A DNA stretch of 53,074 nt from a bacterium (GTDB taxonomy: Bacteria > Hinthialibacterota > Hinthialibacteria > Hinthialibacterales > Hinthialibacteraceae). The stretch is from assembly GCA_963663405.2 (NCBI GenBank), contig CAXXSM010000112.1:1-53074 (forward strand), in the 5' to 3' direction. Positions 26,924-39,238 of this stretch are shown here, in pieces. Both the position numbers and the translations under genes were made by a program. A model generated the notes under the pieces. It made no database searches and was not told the origin of the DNA. It saw nothing but the letters and a program-made list of their open reading frames with translations. Positions within the stretch are counted from its first letter, which is position 1, and every line of letters begins with the position of its first letter.

Positions 26924-27004
26924 ATGAAAATGAGTTTCGAAGACTTGCTTATTCGTGATTTCTTCCGCAACGTATTTTCATTTTCACGTTGTGATATCGA
27001 TCAT
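26924..27004 (+). repeat. Dispersed repeat, copy B (hairpin + tail)
   Basis: ATGAAAATGAGTTTCGAAGACTTGC...CCGCAACGTATTTTCAT...GTTGTGATATCGATCAT. Confidence 0.8.
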
Positions 27005-27480
27005 AAATGTAAGATTAAACTCTATTTTAAATTTTTGAGTCTTCATAAAATTCAATCTCAAACAAATGATCATTGAAAATTTTACCGTTTTACCCTATCG
27101 CTGAATATAAGACGGATCCCTTTCTGTTTTTATTTAAAAGAAAACTACTTTTGCCTATATTTACCTGCATTGATGAGAGCGCTTAAAAAAAAGAAAATCC
27201 TGTTTTTTACTCGGAAATCATTAAGCGAGACAAAAATCATAAATATTAATGTATTGAGTAATCGTCATTTAATTATAGAAACTTATTATAGCGATATTTT
27301 ATCTAATTGTAATATTATTTTATTGTTTATATGTGATAAACATACCTATTCGATCGATCGAAACGCTTTCTCATGAGTCCGTTGATACCCGTTTCTACAA
27401 TCCCATCGCGCTTGTGTGATCGAGAAGAGACTGCTATTTTCTTCCTCGGTATGAATTTGATTATATAGAAAAGGATCATC

Positions 27481-27897
27481 ATGGAACGGACTCTTTTATT
27501 GATCAAACCGGATGGGGTGGAACGGAAACTGGTGGGGGAGATTATCTCCCGGATGGAACGGCGGGGCTGGGATCTGATTGGTATGAAACTCATCAAACTG
27601 ACTCCCGAACTTGCGGGCCGCCATTATGAGGAACATAAAGAAAAGCCGTTCTTCGGTGAATTGATTGAATATATCACCAGCGGTCCACTTGTCGCGATGG
27701 TATGGAAGGGGGATCAGATTGTAACCGCCATGCGTACCATGATGGGCGCCACCAATCCGATCAAGGCGGATCCAGGAACGATTCGCGGCGATTTGGCAAA
27801 TAATTTCACGAAAAACATCGTTCATGGGAGCGATTCACTGGAAAGCGCGGAACGGGAAATCTCCATTTTTTTCCAAGACGGAGAACTTTGTGAATAG
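27481..27897 (+). CDS. ndk: Nucleoside diphosphate kinase
   Basis: [44 protein letters not shown]. Confidence 0.98.
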   Translation: MERTLLLIKPDGVERKLVGEIISRMERRGWDLIGMKLIKLTPELAGRHYEEHKEKPFFGELIEYITSGPLVAMVWKGDQIVTAMRTMMGATNPIKADPGTIRGDLANNFTKNIVHGSDSLESAEREISIFFQDGELCE

Positions 27898-28006
27898 CGC
27901 TGGAGAATCCAAATCAGCCCTGTTTTCTTTTTTTTCGCATGTAAGGATTCTCATTTTTCGTGAGAAGATGCTATAATAATTTTTTGCCTGAATCGAAAAG
28001 GCTTTT

Positions 28007-28080
28007 GGCGGCGTAGCTCAGCTGGTTAGAGCGCACGGCTCATATCCGTGTTGTCCGGGGTTCAAGTCCCTGCGCCGCTA
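28007..28080 (+). tRNA. tRNA-Met (CAT), probably elongator; CCA not encoded
   Basis: Acceptor stem GGCGGCG/CGCCGCT+A, D-arm GCTC..GAGC, anticodon arm CACGG-CTCATAT-CCGTG, T-loop GGTTCAAGTCC. Confidence 0.93.
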
Positions 28081-28225
28081 TAATCTGACACTTCCAACCC
28101 GGCGCTTTCCATATCGCGGGTTTTCATCGTGACATAATCCAATTTCCTGTGTCGCGCGTTATCTATGAAATCGGTTTTAGTAAACAATCTAACATCCCGC
28201 CTGGATTCTGTTGGTGAGAATAGTG

Positions 28226-29535
28226 ATGAATATGTCTAAATCCACTACTCTTTTTCAAACCGCTTGTTCGCTGATTCCTGGAGGAGTCAATAGTCCTGTT
28301 CGCGCTTGGAAGGCTGTTGGAGGGCAGCCCTTTTTCATTGCCAAAGCGAAAGGCAGCGTTATCACCGATGTCGATAATAATCAATATATCGATTATGTCG
28401 GCTCGTGGGGGCCGTTGATTCTTGGACACGCGCATCAGGAAGTTGTCCAAGCCGTTAAAAAGGCCGCAACGAATGGTCTTTCTTACGGCGCGCCGACCGA
28501 GAATGAAGTGATTCTTGCTTCCATGATCGTCGAAGCGGTCCCTTCTATTGAGATGATCCGTTTGGTCAACTCGGGTACAGAGGCGACTCTCAGCGCCGTT
28601 CGCTTGGCGAGGGCGTTCACTTCAGCGGGACAAGATCATCAAAATGATCGGAGGTTACCACGGCCATCATGACGCTCTGCTCGCGCCAGGCGGGATCGGG
28701 TGTGGCCACTCTCGCGATTCCCAGCACACCCGGAATCCCCGAAGCCGTCGTTCGAGATACGATTCTCACACCCTATAATGACGCAGGCGCAGTGAAAGCC
28801 GCGTTTTGAAAACGATCCACTTGGGATCGCCGCTGTTATTGTCGAACCCGTCGCGGGAAACATGGGTGTCGTGCCTCCCCAACCTGGTTATCTCGAAGCG
28901 TTGCGGAATCTAACGAAAGAATATGGGGCGCCTATTACTATTCGACGAAGTGATGACCGGGTTTCCGTGTTGCGCATGGAGGGGCGCAAGAGCGATATGC
29001 GGCATCATGCCGGATCTCACTACGCTTGGAAAGATCATCGGTGGAGGGATGCCGATCGGCGCGTATGGAGGCCGCGCGGATATCATGCGTCACATGGCCC
29101 CCTTAGGGAATGTCTATCAAGCGGGAACGCTTTCAGGCAATCCACTTGCGACGGTTTGCGGAATCGCAACACTGCAATTACTTCATAATTCCGACTATTA
29201 CCAAAAATTAGAAGTCAGCGCTGACGCGCTCGTAAATGGATTGCGCGAAGAAGCGCAGAATGTCAATATTCCCATTCAAGTGAACCAAGGTGGGATCGAT
29301 GTTCACCGTCTTCTTCAGTGAAGAGGCCGGTGACGGACTTCGGCTTCCGCCTCCGCGTCGGAGACCAACCGCTTCGCCGCGTTCTGGAGTTTAATGCTGG
29401 GTGAGAATATCTATCTCCCACCGTCCGCTTTCGAAGCGTGCTTCCTCTCCAGCGCGCATTCCAAACGGGATATCGAATAAAACCCTGCGGGCCGCGGTTA
29501 AGGCGTTCAAGACTTTAGCCAGCAGTAAAAAATAA
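28226..29535 (+). CDS. hemL: Glutamate-1-semialdehyde 2,1-aminomutase, frameshifted in this sequence
   Basis: [63 protein letters not shown] spread over several frames. Confidence 0.9.
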
Positions 29536-29588
29536 AAGTTCCTACCTTTCCTCTTTCTCTGCGTGGTCTTCAAAGCGGATAACTCCGG

Positions 29589-30782
29589 TTATGATTTCGC
29601 CGCATTATATATTGCCAATATCTTCTCTGGAACGATGTTCGCTTGGATATTATGCACAGCGGCGAAAACGTATCCACCCCCTTTCCCAAAGATGCGAATC
29701 CGTTCTTGTACTTGTTCGCGGATTTCATCCTCTGTAGACGCATTCGGATCCGATTGCAGGTCGTACCCGCCTCCCCAGAAGGTGATGCGGTTCCCATACG
29801 TCTGCTTTAGATGAACTGGATCCATCCCCACAGCGGAGGTTTGCACGGGATTGAGCGCGTCCACACCCGCTTCGATAAAATCTTCGATGAAGGTTTCGAC
29901 CGATCCGCAAGAATGCAGGAAGACTTTTACTTGGGGATAATTTTGTTTGACACAGGAATAGATTTTTTTATGCGCGGGGAAGATGAATTGGTGGTACATT
30001 TCGCGGCTCAATTGGGGACCGGCCTGCGTGCCCAGATCGTCTCCCATTTGAATTAATTGGATCGAATCCCCTACCGCTTCCAAATAGCGTTTCAAGTTTT
30101 CGAGATGCCGTTCAACGAGCCGGTTGATAAACGCTTCGGTGAATCCGGGATCTTCCGCCATATCCATCATGAAATTCCCCCATCCCCGCAGCGACTGCCC
30201 AGCCTCTAAAATATTTCCCCCGAAACCTCCCATTAATGCGTATTCCGTATTTTCAAAAAGGTATTTTGCCCGCCGTCGAATTGATTCCAGTTGTTCGTCA
30301 GTCAATGATGGCAAGTCATATTCTTTGATTGGTTTTCGAGGTTCCCCCAAGGGTGGTTGAATTGTTTCAAAATAGAGACATCCGTTCGGCATTCGCGCCC
30401 ACGGTTTGCCTCGATCGTCAATGGCGAGATAGCCGCCTTTTTCATCCGGTTTCCAGGAATAGCGGGAAGAGACTTCCGCGGGAATTCCTCCAGACAAGGG
30501 GAATGGTTTCCATTCATATCCATCGTCACAGAGCGAAGTGTTCTCGATATCGACCACGTCTACTTCAAACCGGTCAAGAATTTCGCGTTCGATCTCAGCC
30601 AGCTGTTGGCCGAAGTCGTATACTCTCACGCGCCCATTCGTAATTCCCAAATACTGTTTCAAATTCGCGTAGGCGATCGCCATGATTCCCGTCGATCGCA
30701 TCGCCCCGCAGTCGATTGGAACCTTATCCGGTTCCCGGTGTTCGATCGCCGTTAATACTCGTTCTCGAGACGTTATTGTCAT
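29589..30782 (-). CDS. URO-D-family (uroporphyrinogen decarboxylase-like / methyltransferase) protein
   Basis: TSRERV..AIEHREPDKVP, GDDLGTQ, FLHSCG, LNPVQTSA.GMDP, FWGGG, VHNIQ. Confidence 0.88.
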   Translation of the reverse strand: MTITSRERVLTAIEHREPDKVPIDCGAMRSTGIMAIAYANLKQYLGITNGRVRVYDFGQQLAEIEREILDRFEVDVVDIENTSLCDDGYEWKPFPLSGGIPAEVSSRYSWKPDEKGGYLAIDDRGKPWARMPNGCLYFETIQPPLGEPRKPIKEYDLPSLTDEQLESIRRRAKYLFENTEYALMGGFGGNILEAGQSLRGWGNFMMDMAEDPGFTEAFINRLVERHLENLKRYLEAVGDSIQLIQMGDDLGTQAGPQLSREMYHQFIFPAHKKIYSCVKQNYPQVKVFLHSCGSVETFIEDFIEAGVDALNPVQTSAVGMDPVHLKQTYGNRITFWGGGYDLQSDPNASTEDEIREQVQERIRIFGKGGGYVFAAVHNIQANIVPEKILAIYNAAKS

Positions 30783-30941
30783 TCTTGTTCTTTCTCCAAT
30801 TTGTTTTGTAATTTTTGTATTATAGATGAGAGATGGGCTTTCTATCACCAATTATGTCACACGTTACTATTTCAGGTAACCCAGGTCTTACGGAAAGTGA
30901 GTACTTTTTTAATATGTGAGGTTTATTAAAAAAACGGATAT

Positions 30942-31038
30942 CTTGGAAACATTATGTTTCCAAGGGGTGAAACACTGGCTAGTGTTTAATGTCCCTCCGG
31001 GATAAAAGAAAATATCCCGAGGGTTTCAACCCTGGGGA
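30942..31038. repeat. Cluster of short palindromes (REP-like)
   Basis: CTTGGAAACA/TGTTTCCAAG, AAACACT/AGTGTTT and CCCTCCGGGATA/TATCCCGAGGG stems in tandem. Confidence 0.55.
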
Positions 31039-31044
31039 TACGCG

Positions 31045-31665
31045 CTCAGGTTTTGGCCAAGAGTTGATCCGCGAAATGAAACAGCGATTGGTACGCCCCC
31101 TTTCATTTTGGCTTTGTAATGTTTCCCTTTAGCCTGGGCGATTTTATTGATTTTAAATAAAAGTCGCCGAAGTTTTTTTTGTAAGTGTTTGTGCTGACGC
31201 CAACCCGCTGCGTTGACTATGTTCGCCAGAACGGGAGCGACGTTCAATAGTTTGCGAAGGCCATCTCCAATTAAACTGGAATCCGTGGGATAGTGAATAT
31301 TGGTTGACACAACAAAGGAATCCCCACGGACCGACTTGAAGGCGTCCGGAACAAATTCTTGCCCTTCCAGCGCAATCCATTCGCTGATTTCCTGAATGGT
31401 CTCCGGACTGACACGGCAGAGATTTTGATTGATCCTTCGCCAATCAAATTTGGTCTGGGTATCCCAATCGCCGATCCCCATGATGTGCCGCAACGCTTGG
31501 TGTTGTTCCGCCAAGTCCTGCAGTTTGTCATAATCCAAATTGCAGCCCAAGCGAACCGATGACAGCACTAAGATTTGCCAGTAATCCATACCGGGGCGGC
31601 CATGTTTACTACTGGATTTCCCATTGACATCCTGAGCGATCCGATTCAGAATTTTGTCAAAGATG
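31045..31665 (-). pseudogene. Truncated IS5-like/ISNCY transposase fragment
   Basis: GRPGMDYWQILVL...NLDYDKLQDLAEQH..LR.IMG and RGDSFVV.TNIHYPTDSSL; both termini missing; no IRs found. Confidence 0.75.
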
Positions 31666-31670
31666 ATTCA

Positions 31671-32034
31671 TCAGCGAATCATCTCCTTCGCCTCTTCCAA
31701 CGTAGGATAATGTTCAAAGAATTCATCTAATCGGAGAATTTCAATTAGATGTTGGATCTGCTCGTGAATGGTCGTGAATGGTCCCGGTGAACACAACCTT
31801 CGCCTTCTTTTCATTGGCCAGCTGCATGGCTTCCACCAGCGTAGCGATACCGGAACTATCAATATATTCTGATTTATTAAAATCAATGATAAGACCCAGA
31901 ATATTATCGGAAAAGACTTGATTAATCGCCTTGCGTAACTTGGGTGAATGCGCGGAATTGACCGGGCCATCCAATTCAATCACGGCGATTCGATCGTCTT
32001 GCGTAATGTGCAATTCAAGTGGTTTTACGTTCAC
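31671..32034 (-). pseudogene. STAS-domain anti-sigma-factor antagonist, frameshifted by a 10-bp tandem duplication
   Basis: EYIDSSGIATLV motif; TCGTGAATGG x2 at 31762-31781; removing one copy restores ...GTIHEQIQHLIEILRLDEFF...EMIR*. Confidence 0.8.
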
Positions 32035-32199
32035 AATATCGGCTGCAATCCATTCGTTTTGATTTTACACTACAATACAAATCCATTATTTCGCAAGTGA
32101 TATAGACCATTCTATCCATTATACCCAGCGCGTCAGGAAGAAGGATATTCAGAATTATGTTTGTCCTCATAAGCCGTTGGTAATAGTCTTGCATCGTAA

Positions 32200-33042
32200 T
32201 CACACGGGTTTGTTTCCAAGATCGATCGAACTTTCCGCTCCATGCTTCGAATCCCGGTCCAATGAATCAAATGGAGCTTGAAGGGAAGCCGAATGCGGGG
32301 GATGTTCGGGTACGAATTCCCAGGGATGAACGTAAATCACCGGTGGATGGCCTTCTGATTGATAACGGATGCGGGCGCGGGGTGAGGTACCATTCCGGTA
32401 GAATCCGCAGCGTGCCGCCTCCTCCAACAGGAAAACCGTCGTTCCCAAACCAGCTCCACAACAGAAGGTGGAATTTCGGTGAGACCATGAAGCGTATAAG
32501 GATGCCGGGGGAGCGGTCCGGTCTCCATACAGATAGTTCTGCTGCGGATTGATCGAAGAATCGTAGAGAATTCCTCGATCCCGCAGAATCTTGAATTGCC
32601 ATTCTTTGTTTCGATCCAAAGAGAACGCGGGAAGGCGCGATGCCCGGTGACCGCTTGCGAAGACGCAAGTGATCGCAGGATAGCCAGGGCTCCTGTCGAT
32701 GGAGGAAGCGAACGCCTGTTCGTCCAATTGATGAACGTAAGTATGATTGTATGTATGCGTCGCAATCTCATGGCCTTTTTTCAACGGTCCATTCCACGAT
32801 CTCTGGATACCGTTCCCGCGAGCCAGCCGATGAAAAAGAACGTTCCATGAACGCCGTATTCGTCTAGGAGATTGAGACACCGTTCCATGCCTAAATGGAT
32901 AGCGGATGGAGTATGAATCCCAATCTTGAAACGGGATACATTCCGGACTCATAAAATAATCTTCCACATCCACCGTAAAGACAACAGTATTACGGGAATC
33001 AGCGGGATACAGAATACGGCCTTCGGAATTGGATAGCGGCAT
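32200..33042 (-). CDS. Polysaccharide deacetylase (DUF3473-type), frameshifted
   Basis: FTVDVEDYF, GHEIATHTY.H, YDSSI.P, PVGGGGTLR, YVHPWEF in different frames; 3' end approximate. Confidence 0.8.
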   Translation of the reverse strand: MPLSNSEGRILYPADSRNTVVFTVDVEDYFMSPECIPFQDWDSYSIRYPFRHGTVSQSPRRIRRSWNVLFHRLARGNGIQRSWNGPLKKGHEIATHTYNHTYVHQLDEQAFASSIDRSPGYPAITCVFASGHRASRLPAFSLDRNKEWQFKILRDRGILYDSSINPQQNYLYGDRTAPPASLYASWSHRNSTFCCGAGLGTTVFLLEEAARCGFYRNGTSPRARIRYQSEGHPPVIYVHPWEFVPEHPPHSASLQAPFDSLDRDSKHGAESSIDLGNKPV

Positions 33043-33079
33043 AATATAATATAGGTTTTATCTCAAATCGAGCGAACCG

Positions 33080-34909
33080 TTATGAAGAACTGGCTACGAC
33101 GACGAAGTTACAGGGAAAGCGTATGACGCCTCCGCTTGATGAAGCGGCTGTTGATGTACGCGCTTCCCTACACAGTGGTATCTGATCCTGTCGTTTTTCG
33201 TCCTGAGTGGCTTTTACAACGACTTGAATTGTTCGCCTCCGTCTATTTATACAAGTTAGTCGTAGACCATTTCATTCAATCCGGAAACGCGCAGGGATTA
33301 ACGCTGCTGGCGCTGCTTTACTTTCTTTTGCTGGTAGCCGCGCTGCTTTTTCAGATCGTAGAATTTTATCTCGTCAATGTGATGAGCCAAAAAACCATGT
33401 ACGATCTGCGGCTTTCACCTCATTCCGTCATCTTGAACGGATGTCCCTTCGTTTTTTTCAACAGCCGTCCGGTTGGGACTCTTCTCACACGGATCTCTAG
33501 TGATATTGAAGCCCTCGATTCGATGTTCGCCAACTGCATCGGTTTTCACATTCAACGATATACTGACGATTATTGGATTGATCGTAATCATGCTCTACTT
33601 GAGCCCGGAACTCACGCTGGTGACGCTCGCCGTGCTCCCGATCATCATTCTCGCCAGTTTTTACATTTAAAAAAAGGGTGCGTATCGCATGTACCCGGAA
33701 ACGTCCGGCGATATCTCTCCCGCATGAACGGTTTTCTGCAAGAGAGCATCACGGGCATGGAAACCATCCAAATCTTCGGGCGCCAAAAACGATATTTCGA
33801 TCAATTCGCCGGCCTGACCTGTCAATACAAACACGCCAACCTGAAGCAGCGTATTCAACTTCGCCGTGTTTTATCCAACGGTGGATTTTCTCGGTTCACT
33901 GGCGGTCGCCGCGCTTCTCTGGTATGGGGGCGGGCAAATGCTGGCCGATTCGCCCACGCTGACCTTTGGAACGCTGGCGGCGTTTCTTTCCGCGTCGCAG
34001 AAATTCTTCCAGCCGATCCGCGACCTGGCTGATAAATTCAACATCATGCAGACCGCGATGGCGGCGTCCCGAGCGGGTCTTTAAACTCCTTGACACGCAT
34101 GAAATCATCCCGGAAGCGGAAACGCCGATCCGGAAACCGTTCAAAGGCCATGTGGAGTTTGAAAACGTCTGGTTCGCCTATAATGAAGGGGAATGGGTTC
34201 TTAGAGATGTATCATTTTCCGCCCCGAAAGGGAAGCGGATCGCTCTCGTAGGCGCGACTGGATCGGGCAAGAGCACGATCATCAACCTGCTGTTCCGCTT
34301 CTACGACACGCAGCGGGGAACCATCCGTATCGACGGCGTGGATATCAAAGACTACGCGATCGAAGATTTACGAAAACACATCGGATTGGTCCTGCAGGAT
34401 GTGTTTCTTTTTTCGGGCGATATCGCGGGTAACATCGGCCTGGAAAGGCCTGACATCGATGAAGAATACAATCCAACGCGCGGCCCAATTGGCGCAGGCG
34501 GATTCGTTCATTCAAAAAATCCCCGGCGGCTATCATGCAGAGGTGAAAGAACGCGGCGCGACCCTCTCCACCGGACAACGGCAGCTGCTCTCCTTCGCAC
34601 GGGCGCTCGCGATCGATCCAACAATCCTTGTGCTGGATGAGGCGACCTCCAGCGTCGACACCGAAACCGAACATCTCATCCAAACCGCCCTGGACCGCTT
34701 GATGGAGGGCCGCACCTGCATCATCGTCGCGCATCGTCTTTCCACGATCCAGAAAGCCGACGAAATCCTGGTCATCCACAAAGGTCAAATCGCCGAACGC
34801 GGCAAACATGATGAGTTATTGAAAAAAGAAGGGCATCTACTACCGGCTCTATCAGCTGCAGTACAAAGATGAATTGGCGCAGGAAGTCGAAGAACCGGTT
34901 ACAAAATAA
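33080..34909 (+). CDS. ABC exporter (fused permease + ATPase, MsbA/MdlB-like), frameshifted
   Basis: PVG.LLTRISSD, FFQPIRDL, GATGSGKST, LSTGQRQLL, LDEATS, IVAHRLSTI across frames; start approximate. Confidence 0.88.
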
Positions 34910-34962
34910 TAACTATTCCAAGAAACCTATAGTAGTAGAAAATATTGATAAGGAAATTGTTT

Positions 34963-35350
34963 ATGGCGATCGATCCAACCACCATCGCAGTCATCGGCGC
35001 GTCATCCAACCGGAGAAAATATGGCAATATCGCCTGTCCGCGCGTTCAACGATAAAGGTTTCACCGTCTACCCCGTCAATCCACACGAGCAAACCATCGA
35101 AGGGGCTTCTCTGCTATGCGTCAATCAAAGAAATCCCCGGTCCCGTAGAGATCGCCACACTCTATATCCCACCGGAAAACAGCGCGCCGATTCTAGGACG
35201 AAATCGCCGAAAAAGGAGTCAATCTCATCTTCTGTCAATCCCGGCGCGGAGAGTAAGGAGACCATCGCCCGCGCCAAGGAACTGGGAATGGAACCTATCC
35301 AAGGCTGCAGCCTCATCGCAGCCGGAACCACCCCCGCCGCGTATTTGTAA
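34963..35350 (+). CDS. CoA-binding protein (YccU-like), frameshifted
   Basis: TIAVIGASS..RKYG, VYPVNP, NPGAES, GCSL. Confidence 0.8.
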
Positions 35351-35362
35351 ATCAGCGCCGGA

Positions 35363-37673
35363 TCAATGCAATCGCCAAGCGCTGATCGATGTATCTCCTC
35401 GCAAATCCCATAATTTAATAAGCCAACTTGAAGTTTCTGTCATGGCCCAGTTGCCATCCTGCGAAACTTGCACGGATGAGATGGAATAGGGATGCGCCTG
35501 CATTGTACGGGTAATGTTCCCCGAAAGTGGTGTCAAAGAGGATCAAGCGGCCATCCGCCGTTCCCGCCAGGAGTGTGGCTCCGTCCGAAAGTGAACGCGA
35601 CAGAGTTGATTTCTGCGTTAGGAGACTCAAAAGTGGTTAGAGTCTCTCCTGTCACTGGTTCATGCAACTCCATCGCAAAGCCACCACTCTCATCGGCCAC
35701 GGTGAGAATCTCACTGCGATCTGGAGCGAACAGCGCATCCTTGATGGAATCCAAAGAGCGGATGAAAGTCTCCGTCTCAACATCCCACAGACTCCACATA
35801 CGCATGAGCCCCATCTACTGTGTATACACGTCCGATAAGAAACGCGACCGTCATGAGAGAAATGGGGTCTTGCGTCACGCTGCCATTCTCATCACTATAC
35901 GTAAGGAACGGAAACGTCTTCACGATATCCCCTGTCTCCACATCAACCAATTCCCCTTCCCAATGCCATTGATTCCCGCTTCCCTTGTCGCTTTACTGAC
36001 GACTAAAAGACTCTGACCATCTGGATGGAATAAATGGAATAAACATAATCCTTCCCTCCCAATTGAAGGCCCCGCTTCACGGTTCCCGCCGCCACATCCC
36101 ATAGGATCGCAAGACCCGACGGCCCCCATGAATCAAATGTCCAGGTCAACAAAAGACTGCCATCCGGAGAAAACTCCACCCAATTCACACCGTCGTTCGA
36201 CACATAATTCCAAACTTCTTCACCCGTTTCTACATTCCACATTCGATGAGGAGAAATATATGCGTTATCTTCCTGCGACCAGCGCATGTAGCTTGGCCGT
36301 GTGACAACATACGCGCTGTCCGGTGAAAACAGTCCTGTTAAGAATTGATCATCATCGGCTTGAAAAACATGCGTAGGAGATTGATTTTCGATATCCCATA
36401 TAAATCCATCTCCATGTTCAACTTCGGAAGGAAGACCATAGAAATAATCCATCGGAATACCAAAGACTAATTGCTGTTTGGAGAAAAATGTGGCGAACCA
36501 ATCAAAGATTTTGCTTTCCCGATCGAGCTGGATGACTGACATTTTTTCTTCTTTTATCACACTCCCAAACGCCGCTAAGAACGTATTCCCATCAGGTGAA
36601 ATGGCCACAGAATTCACAATTTCGTCTAAATCTTGATAGTAATCTACATCCGTTGATGGATACGATTGAATGATCTCACCCGTTCGAGTGTTAAGCAGAC
36701 TCGCATTCCCCCATTCATACATATCATCCAATCCATAATCCCATCCTCCATGTCCGATAATACAGACTTGCCCATCCGAAGAAAACGCGACAGATTCTAC
36801 GGCGCCGTATGATTCAAACATCCAACGCTGGCTCCCGGTTTCTAGATCCCATAATCGAGCGGTATCATCTGGAGTATCTGATTCCCATTCGCTGCTTCCT
36901 CCTGTAAGAATCATAGAGCCATTCGGGAAACCGCCACGGATCGAACATCCCCATCATGTCCTCGGTAAGATTGTACGGTCTGCCTGGAATCCACATGGAT
37001 CAACAAACACTTCACCCAATTGCCCCCCCGTGACAATATGCTCTCCATCTGGAGTAAACGCGCCGGCATAGCCTGGAAATGAAGCGATCTTTATCCCGGT
37101 TTCCGTCTCCCAAATTCGGACGGTATGATCATCGCAACCCGTCATAACACGCTGACCATCGGGTGAAAAACAGACAGAAATAACTGCGTCTGGATGAGGG
37201 GAAAAGGTTCTGATTTCAACGCCCGTTTCCGCATTCAATAGAACTGCGGACCCATCCCCAGATCCACTTAGCGCATACCGCCCGTCTGGTGAGAAAGCAA
37301 CCGCAAACACTCCACCCGTATGCCCATCAAAGCGCCAGATCTCTTCACCGGTATTCGTATCCCACAGCCGTACTGTTTGATCGTAACTCCCGGTCAATAC
37401 ATACGCGCCGTTCGGAGAATAGACAGCGGAATTGACGAGACCGGTATGACCGGAATACGTTTGAGGCTCTCGCTCCGGAAGCTGCGTGGGGGAGTTGCAT
37501 GAAGAACAAATTACTTAAAAGCGTGAGAACAAACTGCCCGATTATTTTCTGACAGGATCAGGCAGTTTCAACAAAATAATTGCCCATACAGACCTATGCA
37601 GAATTGATAATCCAAAGAGGCGCACTCTTAGCCAATGCGGAGAATTCATCCAAACCATGTTTCGATCACTCAT
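35363..37673 (-). CDS. WD40-repeat beta-propeller protein, frameshifted, with C-terminal W-tail
   Basis: Many FSPDG...TGS.D.T.RLWD repeats; RBS AAGGAGG before ATG 37673; manually read last frame ends ...LIKLWDLRGDTSISAWRLH*. Confidence 0.85.
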
Positions 37674-37725
37674 TATGAGCCTCCTTACTTAATTGTAAGA
37701 CATGGGTGAATGACGGTGAACAGAT

Positions 37726-39238
37726 TCATTCTTCCCGTTTCTTGACTTCCGCTATTGTAACACCATCTGGAGTTTCATAGACATTCAATATAAATTCAGG
37801 GGATTGAAAATCACTGAAGTCCTCTACGATAAAAACGCGCCGCCCCGCTTCGATCAAACGGCTCCGATGGTAAAACGGCTTGTCATCAATGATGTAATCT
37901 TGCAGTTGTTTAATGTCCATGTACGGATTCAAAATTTCAACTGGAGGTTCCGGTCCCGCGGAATAGCGCGTCAGTTGTTCGTAAAAAATAGGTTTGGTGT
38001 TTGAGCAGCGCATCGCTGGGAATTTGTTCCAACAGACGCTGATTAGGGAGCTGGATCGAATTTCCGGTACGCAGTTAGTTCTGATGGCGTTTTCGAAAAG
38101 CAGAACGTGTATCCACAAACAAACAAATAGCAAATACACAGATCACTCTCCGTTGCGCCGTCAATCGAAAGAAACGGAGCCTTCATCCGGAACACAACGG
38201 ATGTAAATAACACGCAACAAAGCGCGCTGCCATGTGGGTAGTATTGATTGATATCGGGGATGTCGTATTGCGAACAGAGCAGAAACCAACAGGCTAAACC
38301 AATCTGTAAAAACCGTTCGAATGGAGTGGTCCGGATAAAAGAGAGGATCAACACAACCGAAAAAACGGCAAAGAATCCAATCCGCCACTCGATGCGCAGT
38401 CCCGCGTAAAAAGCAAATAAGCCCTGAAAAAAAGAGACGAATGTTTCATCCCCCCAAACCAATGAATTTAAACCCGCGCCGGTAATAAAACGAAGATAGG
38501 AATGCAGGGTCATTGATATAGACTTCACACTGATGAGGATTAGAGATCATACGCCAAAAATACAGCGCATGAATTGTCAAAAAGAGAATGAAGATCATAC
38601 AGAGTTTAATATATAAACGTGAATTCCATTCGATCCGGTTCCTGCGCAACCAGACGAGATAAACCATACCTGGCGCCAAGGTGACAAACAATAAATGATG
38701 CAAGACGCCCAGTATGAAGCAGAACGCTATTTGCAACCATGCTGGGCCGTGTTGTGTCATTAAGAAATCGGTATACCGCAAGCAATAAAAGCGCAACGAA
38801 CAACAAGGGCAGCGCATATACTTCCGCCATGCAAGCGTACAGCCAAACCGTTCCGGTTTAGGCCAGCGAATCCACAAAATGCGGCGGAATAAAGGAGATT
38901 CCCAGAAATCCATTTCAATAATACAAACAAGCAGATTAGAGCGGATACAGTCGTGATTTCGCTGTAACAATTCATGCGGAACGCGAGAGTGGAAAACGGT
39001 ATCTGCGCCCGACAACCACGTTAAAAACATGTAAACCGGATATCCCGTTGGATGGGGAACGCCTTGCTGAGAACCTAAATACTGAAACTTGACACAATCC
39101 CCCGTTCCCCCTGGGTGGGAAAAGAGACTCTGCGAATAGAACGAAAGGAAAAAGACAGTCAACAAAGCCGCCGAAATCCAGATCCAGCGATCTTGAACTG
39201 TTCGCGCGTGTCAAATGAGAATTGTACAAATACATCAT
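37726..39238 (-). CDS. DUF2723/TMEM260-like membrane glycosyltransferase, frameshifted
   Basis: GD..KFQ, GVPHPTGYPVY, AEVYAL, multiple TM segments. Confidence 0.7.

Noticed and set aside
26650-27470. Short ORFs in the long AT-rich intergenic region
   Set aside because: No RBS or recognisable motifs; composition is consistent with non-coding DNA apart from repeat copy B
28007-28130. tRNA as an integration site of an island or prophage
   Set aside because: No integrase and no duplicated tRNA 3' end seen in the window
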